Shown here piece by piece: positions 29,020 to 42,879 of a stretch of 64,000 nt of DNA. The translations under genes and the position numbers were made by a program. The DNA comes from Eledone cirrhosa (taxonomy: Eukaryota): assembly GCA_964016885.1 (NCBI GenBank), contig OZ024748.1:33604001-33668000 (forward strand), in the 5' to 3' direction. The number at the start of each line of letters is the position of its first letter. Within the stretch, counting starts at the first letter, position 1. The notes beneath the pieces were generated by a model that ran no database searches, was not told the origin of the DNA, and saw only the letters and a list, made by a program, of their open reading frames with translations.

Positions 29020-31350
29020 CTCCCCAAGATTTCAGAGCCACAACCATCAATGTAGGATGCTGAAAGTTAGGTGAGGTGAGATTGTGGAGATGCTTGAGTG
29101 AAAGAAAGTTGATGTATGCTGTATACAAGAGATCAGGTGGAGAGGAGAATCTTCCAGACTTCTAGTAGGCAGAAAATTTAAATTCTTCTGGAAAGGTAAC
29201 AACAGCGAGCTAGGAGGTGTAGGTATTATGTTAGCAGAAAGATGGGTGGACAAGGTAATCACATTAAATAGAATGACAGAATCATTAGACTTAGGCTCAT
29301 CTTAAATAGAACAATGGTATCAATCCTGTCTATTTACCCTAATGTGGTCGGCCAGATGAACAAAAAGTCTTCTTCTATGAGTCTCTAATACGTGAAACCT
29401 CCCAAACCAGAAAAACTTTTCCATTATTGAAGGTGACTTCAATGGACATGTGGGGAGACAAAGTGATAGGTACCATACGGTCCACAGAGGTTTCAAGTTT
29501 GGCACAATAAACGAGGAAGAGCTGAGACTCCTGGAATTCTGTGACATCAACAAACTGACTATCTGCAATACAATCTTTAAGAAACCAGCAAATCAACTGA
29601 TCACCTATAGTTCAGGGGAGCACACAAGCCATATTGTCTATATCTTCACAAGAAGACAAGATAAAGGGATGGCCATAAACACAAAAAGCATCCTGGATGA
29701 GGATTACACCTCCCAACATAACCTGGTAGTCATCATCTTTAGAGTCAGAACCAGGCAGTCCCAGAGATGGAGGGCAACCTGGAGGAGAAGGATATGGAAG
29801 TTGAGGGAGCTCCCAGCTCATAACAAATTCAGGAGATTCTTACTTGATGTCTTTGATAGCAAGGAAGAAGAAATAAAGACGATATAGAGGAGCAGTGGGG
29901 GTTTCTGAGAGATAACCTGCTGAATGTGACGAGATCTGTGGATGGAACAAGGCCTCAGGGAGGAGAAGTAGAGGCACGTGATGGTGGAATATTAAGGTGG
30001 ATGAAGTAATTAAAGCCAAAATACAGCCATGGAAAACAGAGGTAGCAGGTACCCATATGAAGAAGCTAGGAGAGAGGCTAGGTGGAAAGTATACCAGGCA
30101 AGGAGAGAAGCAGAAAATGAAAAGTTTAAGTATGTTTTAGAATGTGAGGACCAAAAATGAGAGGTGTTCAGGATTGTAAAGCAATGTGTCAAGGAAAACC
30201 ATGATGTTATTGGGGAGAAATACATTCCTAACAAGAATGGCTCCTCTTACCCTCACTGACACTGAAAAGAAAGCTGCTTGGAGATGCTGCTATGAGAAGC
30301 TGATGAACAAGGAAAATACATGGGAGGTAAACAGCCTGCCCCATGTGAACACCCAGCAGAAGGCCCAACTGTAAGTAGCAGCCTAGTAAGTAAGGCAATT
30401 AAGAAGATGAAGATGGGCAAAGCAGCCGGGCCATTGGGAGTAGTTGCTGAGATGGTGGGACACCCTAACCACCCTTGTTGTAAACCAAGTAATACAGAAT
30501 GGTATCATTCCCAGTGACTGGAATAACAACATCATCGTCAACTGTTACAAAAGAAAAGGAGATGCCCTAGAGAGAACTACAGAGGTATCAAGCTGATTGA
30601 GCAGGTCATGAAAGTTATAGAAAGAGCCATTGCACAAGTTTCCTATCATTTGAGGGCTAAGATCTTTGATACTTACATCCTACCAGTTGTGTTATATGGT
30701 CTTGACTGTGGTAACTGGATGACAAGGTCGCTTGAGAAGCTCTCTACATTCCAGAACCACATCATGAGACTTATGACTGGCAAGTAGCTCAGCATCTGTA
30801 TCAGTGAGCTGCTCAACATTACCAGGCTTAGACCAATTACATCAATTGTCAAGTCAAGAGTACTCAAACTATATGGTCATATAAAAAGATCAACTCGTGG
30901 TGTGAGTAGGTTATGTCTGGAATGAAGGTTGGCTGGTAAGAGAAGCAGGGGCCAGCAGCCAAATCAATGGCTTGATAATGTCAACTTATGGACTGGACTT
31001 GATCTTTGCTCTTTAAACTCTGCTGTTGGTGATGGAACTTTGTGGAGAAAAACATCTCATGTTGATGCGCAGTCTGCAACTGGGAGTTTAGCGTCGTGAG
31101 AATTGCACAACTAATTAGTGATTGTAAACACCTAAATGGGATGCAGTTTGGATTTGTGCCAGGAAAAAGCACACCTGAGGCCCTCTTATTTGTGAAGCAA
31201 ATGCAGGAGAAGTAACTGGGTAAAAGCAAGCCACTCTACTTAGTGGGCCTAGCGAAAGTGTTTGACAGAGTCCCTCGACCCTTAATCTGGTGGGACCTCA
31301 GAAAACAAAGGGTAGATGAGTGGCTCGTGAGATCAGTATAAGTAATGTAA
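29020..31350 (+). mobile_element. Decayed RTE-type LINE (APE endonuclease + RT)
   Basis: ATTINVG, DVCCIQEIRW, GDFNGHVG, LLEFC, NYRGIKL, QFGFVPGKST, FDRVP. Confidence 0.85.
30639..31101 (+). mobile_element. Nested 5'-truncated LINE fragment with 9-bp TSD
   Basis: TSD attgcacaa at 30630-30638 and 31102-31110. The insert encodes ILPVVLYG...LKLYGHI...KRSRG..WLDNV. Confidence 0.75.
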
Positions 31351-31779
31351 GGGGGGGGGGGGCACCACATCACTCTGCACACACACACACCACATCATTA
31401 CACCATTGGTCTTTCCAATTGATATAATCTACAATCTACCAGTTGTAACTCTTGGCAGATAGAGCAAGGTGAAATAAAGTGTCTTACTGAAGGACTTAAC
31501 ACATCACCTAGTCTAGGAATTGAACTCAGAACCTCATGGTTGTCAATCCAACTCTTACCACTAAGCTACATGTCTTCCAATGTTTTAGTGATAGTGGACA
31601 ATGAATGATGATGATGATGGTCATTTTATTTGATAGATTGACCAGTTGATCATCTCAATGGTGTATTATTGCCTTTGTTTTCACAGGGTCTCTTGAAGTC
31701 ATGAGTAAAAGGTAATAGAGTATTGGTTAGGGTGTTGGACTCAATGATAAACCCATCTCCCTCACCCCTCCCTGCGCCC

Positions 31780-34180
31780 TATCCTTCCCACCCACCAAAC
31801 GCAATCCCAAACTTCAGAGTTGGTACCATGAATGTAGGTACCTTAAAAGGTCGCTCTAATGAGGTTGTAGAGATGCTTGAACGTAAGGAGGTTGATGTTT
31901 GCTGTATTCAAGAGACCAGGTGGAGGGGTGGATCTGCTAGATTCATTGTGGGTAAAAAACGATGCTATAAGCTTTTCTGGGTGGGAAATGACAATGGACT
32001 AGGTGGAGTAGGAATCATGCTAGCAGAAAAAAGGGTAGATAAGATAATAGACGTAAATAGAGTGAACGACAGAATAATTAAAGTAAGACTTGTCCTCAAT
32101 AGAACTACTGTGACAATAATATCTGCGTATGACCCCAACCCGGACTGCCTGGCATTATAAAAGACAGATTCTATGAGTCGTTAATGCTCACTACCTCCCA
32201 AATAACCGACAGTGACTATATAATTATTGCTGGCGACCTAAATGGTTATGTTGGACAACACTGTGACGGCTATGACGGAATCCATGGAGGCTATGGGATT
32301 GGTACTAAAAATGAGGAAGGCTCCAGAATCCTGGAATTCTGTGACGCAAATAACCTAGCTATTCTGTAACACAAACTTCAAAAAACGAGACAATCACTTG
32401 ATCACCTATAGATCAGGGGAACACGCCAGTAAGATAGATTATATCCTTACCAGAAGACGTGACAGAGTGTCTGTTGTAAACACTAAATCCCTCCCCCATG
32501 AAGAATGTACCTCCCAACATAGCCTCATAGTTAGCGACCTCATAGTCAGGACGAGACGTACTCGACAACAGAGGAGGACTATCCTTATGAGAAAAATATG
32601 GAAGCTAAAGGACCCCACAGCGAGTAATAAATTTAAAAGCATATTACTTGATGCTTTTGACAGTGAGGAAGAGCAATTAGAGTCGTACAATATAGTGGGA
32701 ACAGTGGGAATTCCTGAAAGCTAACCTGCTGAAGGCGACAGATGAAATCTGTGGCTGGAGCAGACCTATAGGCAGGAGGAGAGTAACTTGGTGGTGGAAC
32801 AGTAAGGTGGAGGAGTCGATCAATGCCAAAAAGCAGGCTTGGAAAGTATGGCGGGGTGGGGGAAGTAGAGAAGACTATCAAGTGGCCAGGAGGGAAGCTA
32901 GGAGACAGGTGTACTTCGCAAGAAGGGAAGCAGAGGAAAGAAAGTTCAAGCATGTTCTACAACGCGAGGACCAAAAACGTGAGGTGTTCAGGATTGCTAG
33001 ACAATGTGTCAAGGAGAACCGTGATATTGATGGGGAGAAGTGTGTCCGTAATGATGATGGTGTACTTGCCATCACTGACGCCGATAAGAAGGTAGCTTGG
33101 AAGTGTCACTACGAAAGGCTACTAAATGAGGAGAATAAATGGGAACAAGATAGTCTCCCCCACATCGATCCAATAGAGGGACCAGCAGTGCAAGTTGAAG
33201 GTAGTATAATAAGTAAGGCAATCAAAGATATGAAGACGGGAAAGGCGGCTGGGCCTTCGGAAATAGTTGCTGAAATGCTGAAAGCATCTGGAACGGTGGG
33301 ACACACTATGGTCACCCGGATAGTAAACCAAGTTATACAGACTGGGGTCGTACCAAAGGACTGGCGTAGCAGCATCATCATCAAATGCTACAAAGGTAAA
33401 GGAGATGCCCTAGATAGGGGATAATATAGAGGCATTAAATTAATTGACCAGGTCATGAAGGTCACAGAAAAAGTAATAGCGCAACTAATCAGAGAGCGAA
33501 TTGATCTAGATGAAATGCAGTTCAGGTTTATGTCAGGTAAAAGTACCACAGACGCTCTTTTCATTGTACGACAACTACAGGAGAAGTACCTAGCTAAAAG
33601 TAAACCCCTATACTTAGCTTTTGTAGACCTGGAGAAAGCCTTTGACAGAGTCCCCCGCTCCATTATCTGGTAGGCTCTTAGGAAACTAGGTGTAGATGAA
33701 TGGCTTGTGAGAACGATACAAGCCATGTATAAAGAAACAGTCAGCAAGGTTAGAATTAACAACAAATATAGTGAAGAGTTTAGCGTAAAAGTTGGTGTTC
33801 ATCAGGGCTCCGTCCTTATCCCCCTCATATTTATTATCGCCCTCCAAGCTATAACGGAGGAGTTCAAGACCGGCTGCCCATGGGAACTTCTATACGCAGA
33901 TGATCGAACGCTCATAGCCGAATCAATGGCTGAACTAGAGAAGAAATTCCAAACATGGAAGCATGGCCTAGAATCAAAAGGCCTTAAAGTTAACTTGTCT
34001 AAGACTAAAGTTCTAATATGTAGGAAGAAGAATAGGGCACTGGTCCCATCTGGGAAATGGCCATGCTCAGTGTGTAGGAAAGGAGTAGGCAGAAACTCCA
34101 TTTTATGTCCCAAATGCAAAGTATGGGTGCATAAAAGATGTAGTGGGATCACAGGTAAGCTAACTAAGAATATAGATTTC
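31780..34180 (+). mobile_element. RTE-type LINE (APE-EN, RT, PHD-like Cys/His motif), 3'-truncated by a PLE
   Basis: GTMNVGTL, CCIQETRW, AGDLNG, IDYIL, FVDLEKAFDRVP, GVHQGS, LLYADD, WPCSVCRKGVGRNSILCPKCKVWVHKRCSGI. Confidence 0.92.
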
Positions 34181-37100
34181 ATCCCTAGGGTCCGATGGAA
34201 GGCTTACCACTTCGACAAAGGACCAGCTATTAACACAAGAGAATTTTCTAAGGAGAATTACGGATTCAAATCCTGCAAAAACCCTCCAAACGACCCCATA
34301 CTGGATGCCTTCGAGCTGGACCTTATGAATATGATAAGTGGAGCTAAATTCAAAAAAAGAACACACCACAACAAATTACAAAATGACATCAATACACTAC
34401 TAAAAAAACTAAAAGACACCAACGGTATCATAGTAAAGTCAGACAAAACATCAAACGTATATTCTATGGACCTTAACACATACAATAATTTCATTCAGCG
34501 TGAACTACACAAAAAATACAAAAAAAAACAAATGAATCCACACTCACCAGCATTAACGTAGAGGGCCTTAGAATAGTAAATAAACTCGGAATATCCGATA
34601 GAACTGAGCCTCTAACCCCATGTAACCCCACATTCAACCTTAAGGATCACAAAAATAATTTTGAAACAAATCCTACTATCAGATTAATATGCCCATCTAA
34701 GTCGGATATAGGTAAAATCAGCAAGAATATTCTAGATAGGGTAATCGCACAAATAAAAGGAAAACTAGAAATCAATTTATGGGGAAACACTAACGAGGCG
34801 ATAGAATGGTTCAATAAAATAAGAAATAGACAGACATGTAACTTCATACAATTCGATATAAACGATTACTACGCGACCATATCCCCAGCCACCCTGGATA
34901 AAGCGCTTATATTTGCCCCAAATAACTCCGATCTTACCCCTGATGAAATTGAAATAATAATAGCGGCTAGAAGGACTATCATAAAATTTGAAAATAGCTA
35001 CTGGGTAAGAAAAGATAGGATAAACAGCTTTGATATCACAATGGGATCGAACGCAAATCACTGACGTCGTGGCGTTATTTATTACACACAACCTACATAA
35101 ATAATTCAGTAACCTCCAAGGAGGGATTTATAGAGATGACACGCTCCTTATAGCTAGGAACTTAAATAACCAGAGCATGGAAAGATTAAGAAAAAACATT
35201 AGAACATTCTTAAAAAAACTAGGCCTAAGTATTATCTACGAACTGAATCATAAACAGGCAAACTTTCTAGATGTGACTCTAAATCTAAAAACGGGATTAA
35301 TAGAACCCTTCCACAAAAATAATGAGAATCTGGCCTACATTAGTTATAATTCAAACCACCCCAGATCCATAATCAGATCCATAGCACGTAGTATATCCCT
35401 TAGAATATCCCGCTTATCCTCAAACCTATAAATTGTTAATGAACATGCTAACTATTATAACGCGGCATTACATAGGGCCGGACACAAAGAAAAGCTGCAG
35501 TTTATAACGGATAAGGACAACTCAAACAAACCTACTAACACTGACACCAACCGCTCACACAAAAATAGAGGTAACAGGACTAGACATAGAGTTAGGCACG
35601 TAGCACCTAGAGTAAGTGGTCCAAACACCAATAATGTAAACCCTGAGAACAATAGAAGAATTAGAGAAAGAAAATACCTGTGGTTCAATCCAATCTTCAA
35701 CTCCTCTGTAAAAACTAGACTGCCTTCTACGTTCTTTAAACTAATAGATAAACACTTCCCTGCATCACATAGCTATCATAAGATCCTCAATAGAAAAACT
35801 ATAAAACTCTCATACTCTACGGCTGCAAATATAGAATCCCACATACGCAAGATCAACCACAGAAATACCTCTAGGGAAACCGCTCCACCTATGCGCAACA
35901 GAGCACCAGATTCTAAACATAAACACATCACAGTATCACAACCGCAAATGCATACAAGCACGCAGCAGCAAAATTTCAACGGGCACGAATCACAACCCAC
36001 TTATAGCAGTGTACAAAACAGCAGTGCGAAAGCTGCACGGAATAACACCTCAAACTGCAATTGTCACCTACCAGATAGGTGCCCATTGGCGAACAGATAC
36101 CTTGATTCGAGCCTAGTGTACATGTGTACGGTGAACTCGGGCAACTCCACTTGGCATTACATTGGATCCACCGCGTGTACTTTAAAAAAAAGATGGTATG
36201 TGCACAGACACTCGATGAAGAACCGTGCACTAATAGGTTCTGCAGCCCTCGCCAAAAAAATCTGGGAACTTAAGGACAATAACATCAACTACAATATCAA
36301 CTGGTCGAGGTTGTCGGCCGCAAGGGCATATAGTACCGGTATGTCCTATTGTAGGCTCTGCGACCTTGAATTACTGTATATCCTTAGGAACGAAAAAAGG
36401 TTACTCAACAACAAGATAGAAAGTTCAATTTTCTGCAGACACAGGATCGCTACTAAATTCACAAGATTTAAGCAACCGTGAATCGAACCAACATAACTTA
36501 GCATTCAACATATGAAATCTACACTCTCACACAGACCACCACAGAACTATAATATTCTTTAAGCAGCTTCTAGCCACCTTAATTCTATACCATAGTAATG
36601 TCTGCAAATATCTTATCAACCCATAAATATATCCTTCTCAGCTGCTGTCAACACAACTTCCTCACCCTTGGTTCTCAACAGATGAACTTAAATCCAAGTA
36701 CATTATTATAATACTACCACAGCCCGTAAAACATCACCTTCCTCCTGTTGTTATAATTGTAGTCAGCATGTTTTCTCTATATATATATATACTGCTTCCT
36801 TAACCTCTGTATTAACCTACCTATTATATTGCTACTATGTTGGTGTTATCTTATACATGCATGTTATTGATGATGTGAGAGCTAAACAACCCCATAATTC
36901 GAACTAACAATCCCTTCACTTAAATATTGAATCCGCTTTACACCACATAAAAATTACTATCCTCACTACAATGAAAAAAAATGTTATCTGTCAGATAATA
37001 AATAATTCTTACGGTCAGCAAACCTACGGTAAAGGAAATGGTACATTGTTTAAAGCCCCGGCTTATCTCTACACTATATATAATACACCCCATGACAGCT

Positions 37101-37575
37101 TTTACATGTTAATTTCATACATCTGCCTCATATCAGCTCGTTTTACATACTAAAGTTATAAGTATACTTTATGTCTTACCTAGATTGATGTTGTGATTAT
37201 TTCAACTAATTTATTGCTAGCATTGTTAGTATTGTTATTATTGTTGTTATTGTTCTGATTTAGTGCCACTACTATATATAGACGCCATGCCTGTGTATTC
37301 CCTTCATTCTCGCATGCTCTGATGAATTGACTGGTTATAACTATGTATTGGTGATCGATTGACGCAGAAACAGGCGCGTTGCGATCTCTAGACCTACCAG
37401 TTCAGAGAAACAATTGTCAGCAATGTGATTAAAGCCCTTATTGTATAGCAAACCGTGTCACTCTTCTTTCTTGATATATATATATCTGCGTTTACAGATT
37501 GACTTTGTTAGTTTCAGAAGATCCCGTTAAGGTGAAAGCAGCGATTCTTTACTTAAACTTTAATCTGTTATTTTA

Positions 37576-37580
<5 letters not shown>
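34178..37580 (+). mobile_element. Penelope-like element (RT + GIY-YIG with CxCx5C, Naiad-like), frameshifted, with hammerhead-bearing 3' region
   Basis: RWKAYHF, KSDKT, LKDHK, RLICPSKS, FDI..YY, MGS, YRDD, FLDV, WFNP, CNCHLPDRCPL, LVYMC..YIGST, CRLC. Confidence 0.92.
37311..37427 (+). ncRNA. Type I hammerhead ribozyme, family B, with extended stem II
   Basis: cgcatgct CTGATGA attgactggt...(~60 nt)...accagttcaga GAAA caattg TC agcaatgtg. Palindromic CAATTG stem III; GUC cleavage after 37418. Confidence 0.75.
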
Positions 37581-37633
<53 letters not shown>

Positions 37634-38235
37634 TTATATATACCTCACTCAAGCGGAAGAAATATACTCCCATATATCGAAGATTACGACAATAACTATA
37701 GGGAGCGGGGGCACAATATATGCTGGACATTGCTACTGAGGGTAGGATGACCTGATGAGCTGGCTCCTGTGGTCGATACCTAAACATAGTAAGATCCTAG
37801 TGGGATGACCGAGATTGACCTACATAGATCAGATGTCTAAGGATGTCCAGCTGGAGATTAATGATCTAAAAAAGGAGAGTAGAATTGTTCTGGCCAATCC
37901 ACCTGACCTAATAAATGATAATTATAATAATATATATTAATGAACATTTATTATGGTGAAATATGTTGGAAATCATTCTCACAGGTTTTGTATTGTAATC
38001 CACAAATACTCTCTGTAGAAAGTTCCACTTCATTGGATTGACAGTATCGGTAGAGAGTCGGACGCCATGCTTTCCAGCATAGTTACGTCCCTTTACGGTC
38101 TATTACTATTTCATTATAATATCATTATAATTTTAAAGGATTGTAAATAAAACGAGTAAATCAGACAAAGTTGGAATTCCTTTTATTAATATATATATAT
38201 ATATATACATATATATAGTTATGTAATAAACACAC

Positions 38236-38292
<57 letters not shown>

Positions 38293-39627
38293 GGAAGTTA
38301 TAGTTCACTTGAAGCATTGTGTAATGAGGTATAAACGTTTGTATTTGTTAAGCCAAGACAATACAGGTATGGACATAGAATAAAGAATGCAAATGCAAAA
38401 GATATTGTTGACAATTAGTCTTTTACCTTAGATTTATTTAAATGTCCTTAATTTTCGAGATAATATCTCTTCTTCGGAGGGAAGTAAAGCGGTTAAACCA
38501 GTGTTCTAAATAGCTTGCTGACAGCATGCTGACAGGAAATGGTATAGGGTATCTGTTCTATCTCTAATGTCAAAGAGTTCTATCTCTAAGAGTATCTGTT
38601 CTATCTCTAAAGTCAGTGCTATATTTTTCCTCTATTTCTTGGTAGAGTATCCTATTACAGAGTTCAAAAATAATGCTAACAAGAAATGGAAAAATAATAT
38701 ACATAATACCAAAAATAGGACAAAATACATATAGAAACCAAATATAATATCACGACAAAAAGTTCATCAAGCAAACACCAACAGGAATATAAATCCTGAA
38801 CAGAGAAAAATCTATTTTTTAACGTCAGGACAACAAAAACCGGAAAAAGAAAAACTCCAGGAGGAAACATACCCAAAACAACTGCACAGGTAGATCCTAA
38901 AATAATTAATTTATCCAAAAGAGATCTTGACAATGATGAAATGCAAATTCAGTCAAAAGGACTGAAATTCACACCGACTCCAACAGTCAACCACCAAGAA
39001 CTGAAGAATTCTGTCGAAAATTACGTCTTGTAGAATTCTTCGCTGATAAAAGTAATGAGAGTGATGAATCACTAGTAAAGAATAAATCAAATTTCACTCC
39101 GCCAAAAGGAAGAAATATCTATCTAGACCAATACATTGACATCCTGTCTAAATTTCCTCTTAGACGTAATACTAATGTTAGGCCAAACATTAACAAATTA
39201 GAAATGTCTGCACAAAATGATAAAACAATAATAATTAAACAAGCAGATAAAGGGGGTGCAGTTGTTATAATGGATGCTGAATACTACAAAGATTTGGTTG
39301 AGGAACAACTGAAAGACACAACATTCTATCATGAAATACCGTCAAATATAGACCACAACATCATGAAGAAGATCAACAACCTGGCTTCAAAATACCACAA
39401 CTCATTTACTGATAAGGAAAGAGACTACATCACCAATTTTGAGCCAAAACCCAGCAACCTGTATGGCCTACCGAAAGTTCATAAGTCAAAAGAAATACAA
39501 CTGGCAGTAAAAGAACAAAACAGTGAGTACATTAAATTACTACACCCAAAAGACTTAAAACTTAAACCTATCCAACATGCCCCACCCACCGTCTAATCAA
39601 TTTTGTTGACATTATTTTGAAATCATG

Positions 39628-39811
39628 GGCGGTAGATTGGCAGTATCGGTAGAGGGTCGGACGCCATGCTTTCCAGCATAGTTACGTCCCTTTACGATCT
39701 GAGTTCAAATCCCGCCGAGGTTGACTTTGCCTTTCATCCTTACGGGGTCGATAAAATAAAGTACCAGTAATGCACTGGGTAATTGCTGGCCTTGTGCCTA
39801 AAGTAGAAACA
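39628..39811 (+). mobile_element. Full-length tRNA-derived SINE (Nin/Deu-domain)
   Basis: ggcggtagattggcagtatcggtag...gagttcaaatccc (A/B boxes), ctttgcctttcatccttacggggtcgataaaataaagtaccag. TSD attattttgaaaYca at 39611 and 39812. Confidence 0.9.
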
Positions 39812-41280
39812 ATTATTTTGAAACCACTATGTATTCACATACCCAGTTTCATCCGGGATGATATCGACTTCCTGTCCCATCTTTTCAAAACCACAGAAAC
39901 GAACTCACTTCTACTTAGTTTTGACATGGTAAGCCTTTACACCAACATTACACATGATTTAGGAATAAAGGCGGTTAAATACTGGGTGGAAAAACATAGA
40001 GAAGTGATTCCCATCAGATTCACAGCGCCATTTATATTAGACGCAGTTAAACTTATTCTGGAAAACAACACTTTCTTCTTCAATGGAAAGAATTGCATCC
40101 AAATTAGAGGCACAGCGATGGGAACGAAGTTTGCTCCCGTTTACGCGAATTCTGTAATGGGATACTTAGAACAACAATTCTACCAAGAAATAGAGGAAAA
40201 ATATAGCACTGACTTTAGAAAGTACATTGAAAAATCTTGGAAGAGATACCTTGACGACAGTTTCATCATCTAGACAGAATCTCTAGATACTCTGGATGAG
40301 TTTAATATCCTCCTGAATAACCTACACCCATCTCTCCAATTCACAAAAGAGATGAGTAGTACCAAATTACCATTCCTAGATATAATGATAATCAAAAACG
40401 ACACCACCATTACCACGGATATATATTATAAACACACAGACACCCATCAATATCTGAATTTTAAGTCGTGCCATCCACCTCATACAAAACGCAACATCCC
40501 ATACTGCCTAGCCAGAAGAATTTGTACCATTGTAGAAGATACGAATACCAGGTACAAACGCCTAACAGATCTAAAAGAATTTTTGCTCATACAAAAATAT
40601 CCATCTCTAAAATGGCATACAGCGGACTATAAAAACAACTATACAACAACTTAGAGAAGAAGAAACAACCCAAGGAAGAAGAAACCAAGAACTGGTCATA
40701 CCATTTATAATGACACACAACCCATGTCACCAGAATATCTTCAACACTGCCAAAGCAAACCTACCGATCATTGCTCAAAGTAATGAATTAAAGGCTTAAT
40801 CACAGATCGATCTTTGACTCTTAGTACAAGACAGCCGAAAAATTTGAAGCAATTGCTAACAAAAGTAAAGTTTGACCTTAACAACAAAGACCAATCATTC
40901 ACTGTATCTAAATGCAATGATAGTCAATGTGGCACATGTTAATCCATACACGCCGGTCAATATATGAAAACAAAAACTGGAAAAATATTCCCAAATGCAA
41001 ATATCAACTGCAAAAGCAGAAATCTAATTTACTGCATTAAATGCCCGAATTGTGAAGAACTATATGTCGGTCAAACTGGAAATGCACGGGTACACCAAAC
41101 AGCAAATCAGAGACCCAAATGTCCGTCAGATACCCCTAAGTAACCATCTAGCAACATGTGGTCAGGGAATATTTATAATATTCCCATTCTACAAATTACA
41201 CAGCCCAAGTGAAATCAAAAGAAAAATCAAAGAAAAGAATTTTATTGATAAATTCAAACCCAAGCTAAATGAGCAATAAT

Positions 41281-41470
41281 AATTGTTTCTACGTTAGGCA
41301 CAAGGCCAGCAATTACCTAGTGTATTACTGGTACTTTATTTTATCGACCCCGTAAGGATGAAAGGCAAAGTTAACCTCGGCGGGATTTGAACTCAGAATG
41401 GCAAGGGCCGTAACTCTATGCGTCAAAGCATGGCGTCCGACCCTCTACCAATACTGCCAATCCACCGCCA
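41281..41470 (-). mobile_element. tRNA-derived SINE, same family
   Basis: Reverse complement of the 39628 copy. TSD aaatgagcaataat at 41267 and 41478. Confidence 0.88.
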
Positions 41471-41886
41471 TTTTTAGAAATGAGCAATAATAATGGGATA
41501 TTAATCCTACTATGACTACGACCACTAACAACAACAACAATTATAATAATAAAAGTGATGTTGATGGTGATGATTACTAGAACATGCTATTTTCATCATT
41601 TCTAAAAATAGCAAAACAATTGATGCTTTGGATTGTGTCAATTAGTAGTCGTTAGACATGCTCAACCAACCGTGACGCCTAAACCAATCAGCTTTAGTAA
41701 TCCAGTGAAACTACACACCTATTTGTCGAAATACAGTTTGCAAGATTTAGCATTCTGGAGCCACTTTTCATTGTATATAAGGCACAACATTTACCCATCT
41801 CATTACAGGTAAATAAAACGAGTAAATCAGAGAAAGTTGGAATTCCTTTTATTAATATAATCTTTTATACACAATCATACACACCC

Positions 41887-41978
<92 letters not shown>

Positions 41979-42272
41979 ACTAGGAATTGATCAACATATA
42001 TATAAATAAATATAAACATGAAAAATCACAGGAGATAATTTCTTCAAGCGTGTAACCACGCATGGCTAGTAGGTAACAAGTAAATAAAGTTAACTAGAAC
42101 TTCAAAAATATATACCTTTGTAAGTATATATGATTATATTAATATATTTTTCTATATAAAAATATATATTTCTGTTAAATTGACCGGTAGGATTTGAACT
42201 CAGAACGCAAAGGGCTGTAACTCTATGACACTAATCATGTTGTCACACGCTCTACTAATTACTGCCAAGCCC

Positions 42273-42331
<59 letters not shown>

Positions 42332-42445
42332 CATAATAACGTGTCTATCTATCTATCTATGCATTTCAATGAGTTTTGCATCTTTATATACATGTATATA
42401 TTTATTATACATACATACATATGTATATGTATATATATATATATA

Positions 42446-42598
42446 TAGTTATGTAATAAACAACATAAGATAATTATTTCATTTACCAGTGGTTTCCTGA
42501 AAGCAACCAAAATTGCTTTCATTCATCAGAATTTTGGTTGCTTTCAAGAAACCACTGGTAAATGAAATAATTATCTTATGTTGTTTATTACATAACTA
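42446..42598. repeat. Fold-back palindrome (~69-bp arms) built from a hammerhead element
   Basis: 42446-42514 is the reverse complement of 42530-42598. Confidence 0.92.
42477..42532 (-). ncRNA. Minimal hammerhead ribozyme, family C
   Basis: The minus strand reads att CTGATGA atgaaagcaa-ttttgg-ttgctttcag GAAA ccactgg TA aatgaaa. Stem I is shortened by the fold-back. Confidence 0.75.
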
Positions 42599-42879
42599 AT
42601 AACCTTACATAGAGCACTCTTTTTTCCTGGACCTTTCCGACAGAATTACTTCATTCACACACACACACATATATATATATTTATACACGTATCTAAACCG
42701 ACAAAAGCTATAAATTTAGTGTATATGCACTATTCTGTTCCCATTTCTTTAGAAATTAACTGAAGATATATATATTCTTACATACAATTACAGACAAAAA
42801 AAATGGAGTCCAACAAAAACTAGTTTTGTTCAATGAAAGAATTAATAAAATTCAATGTGCGTGTGTGTATATATATATA

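Larger units (their letters stand above)
38660..41860 (+). mobile_element. Penelope-like element (Neptune-type RT + GIY-YIG), decayed, with two SINE insertions
   Basis: INLS..L, KGLKFTPTP, KQADKGGAVV, LYGLPKVHK, GTAMGTKFAP, WKRYLDD, LPFLD, NLIYCIKCPNCEELYVGQT. A ~50-bp direct repeat flanks it at 38143-38193 and 41809-41859. Confidence 0.92.

Noticed and set aside
36050-36481. Selenocysteine (UGA) recoding, reported for some Naiad PLE endonucleases
   Set aside because: The conserved Cys positions read here and at 4222-4662 use TGT/TGC, with no in-frame TGA.
39628-39720. tRNA gene
   Set aside because: The A/B boxes belong to a multi-copy SINE with a TSD, and no full cloverleaf is present.
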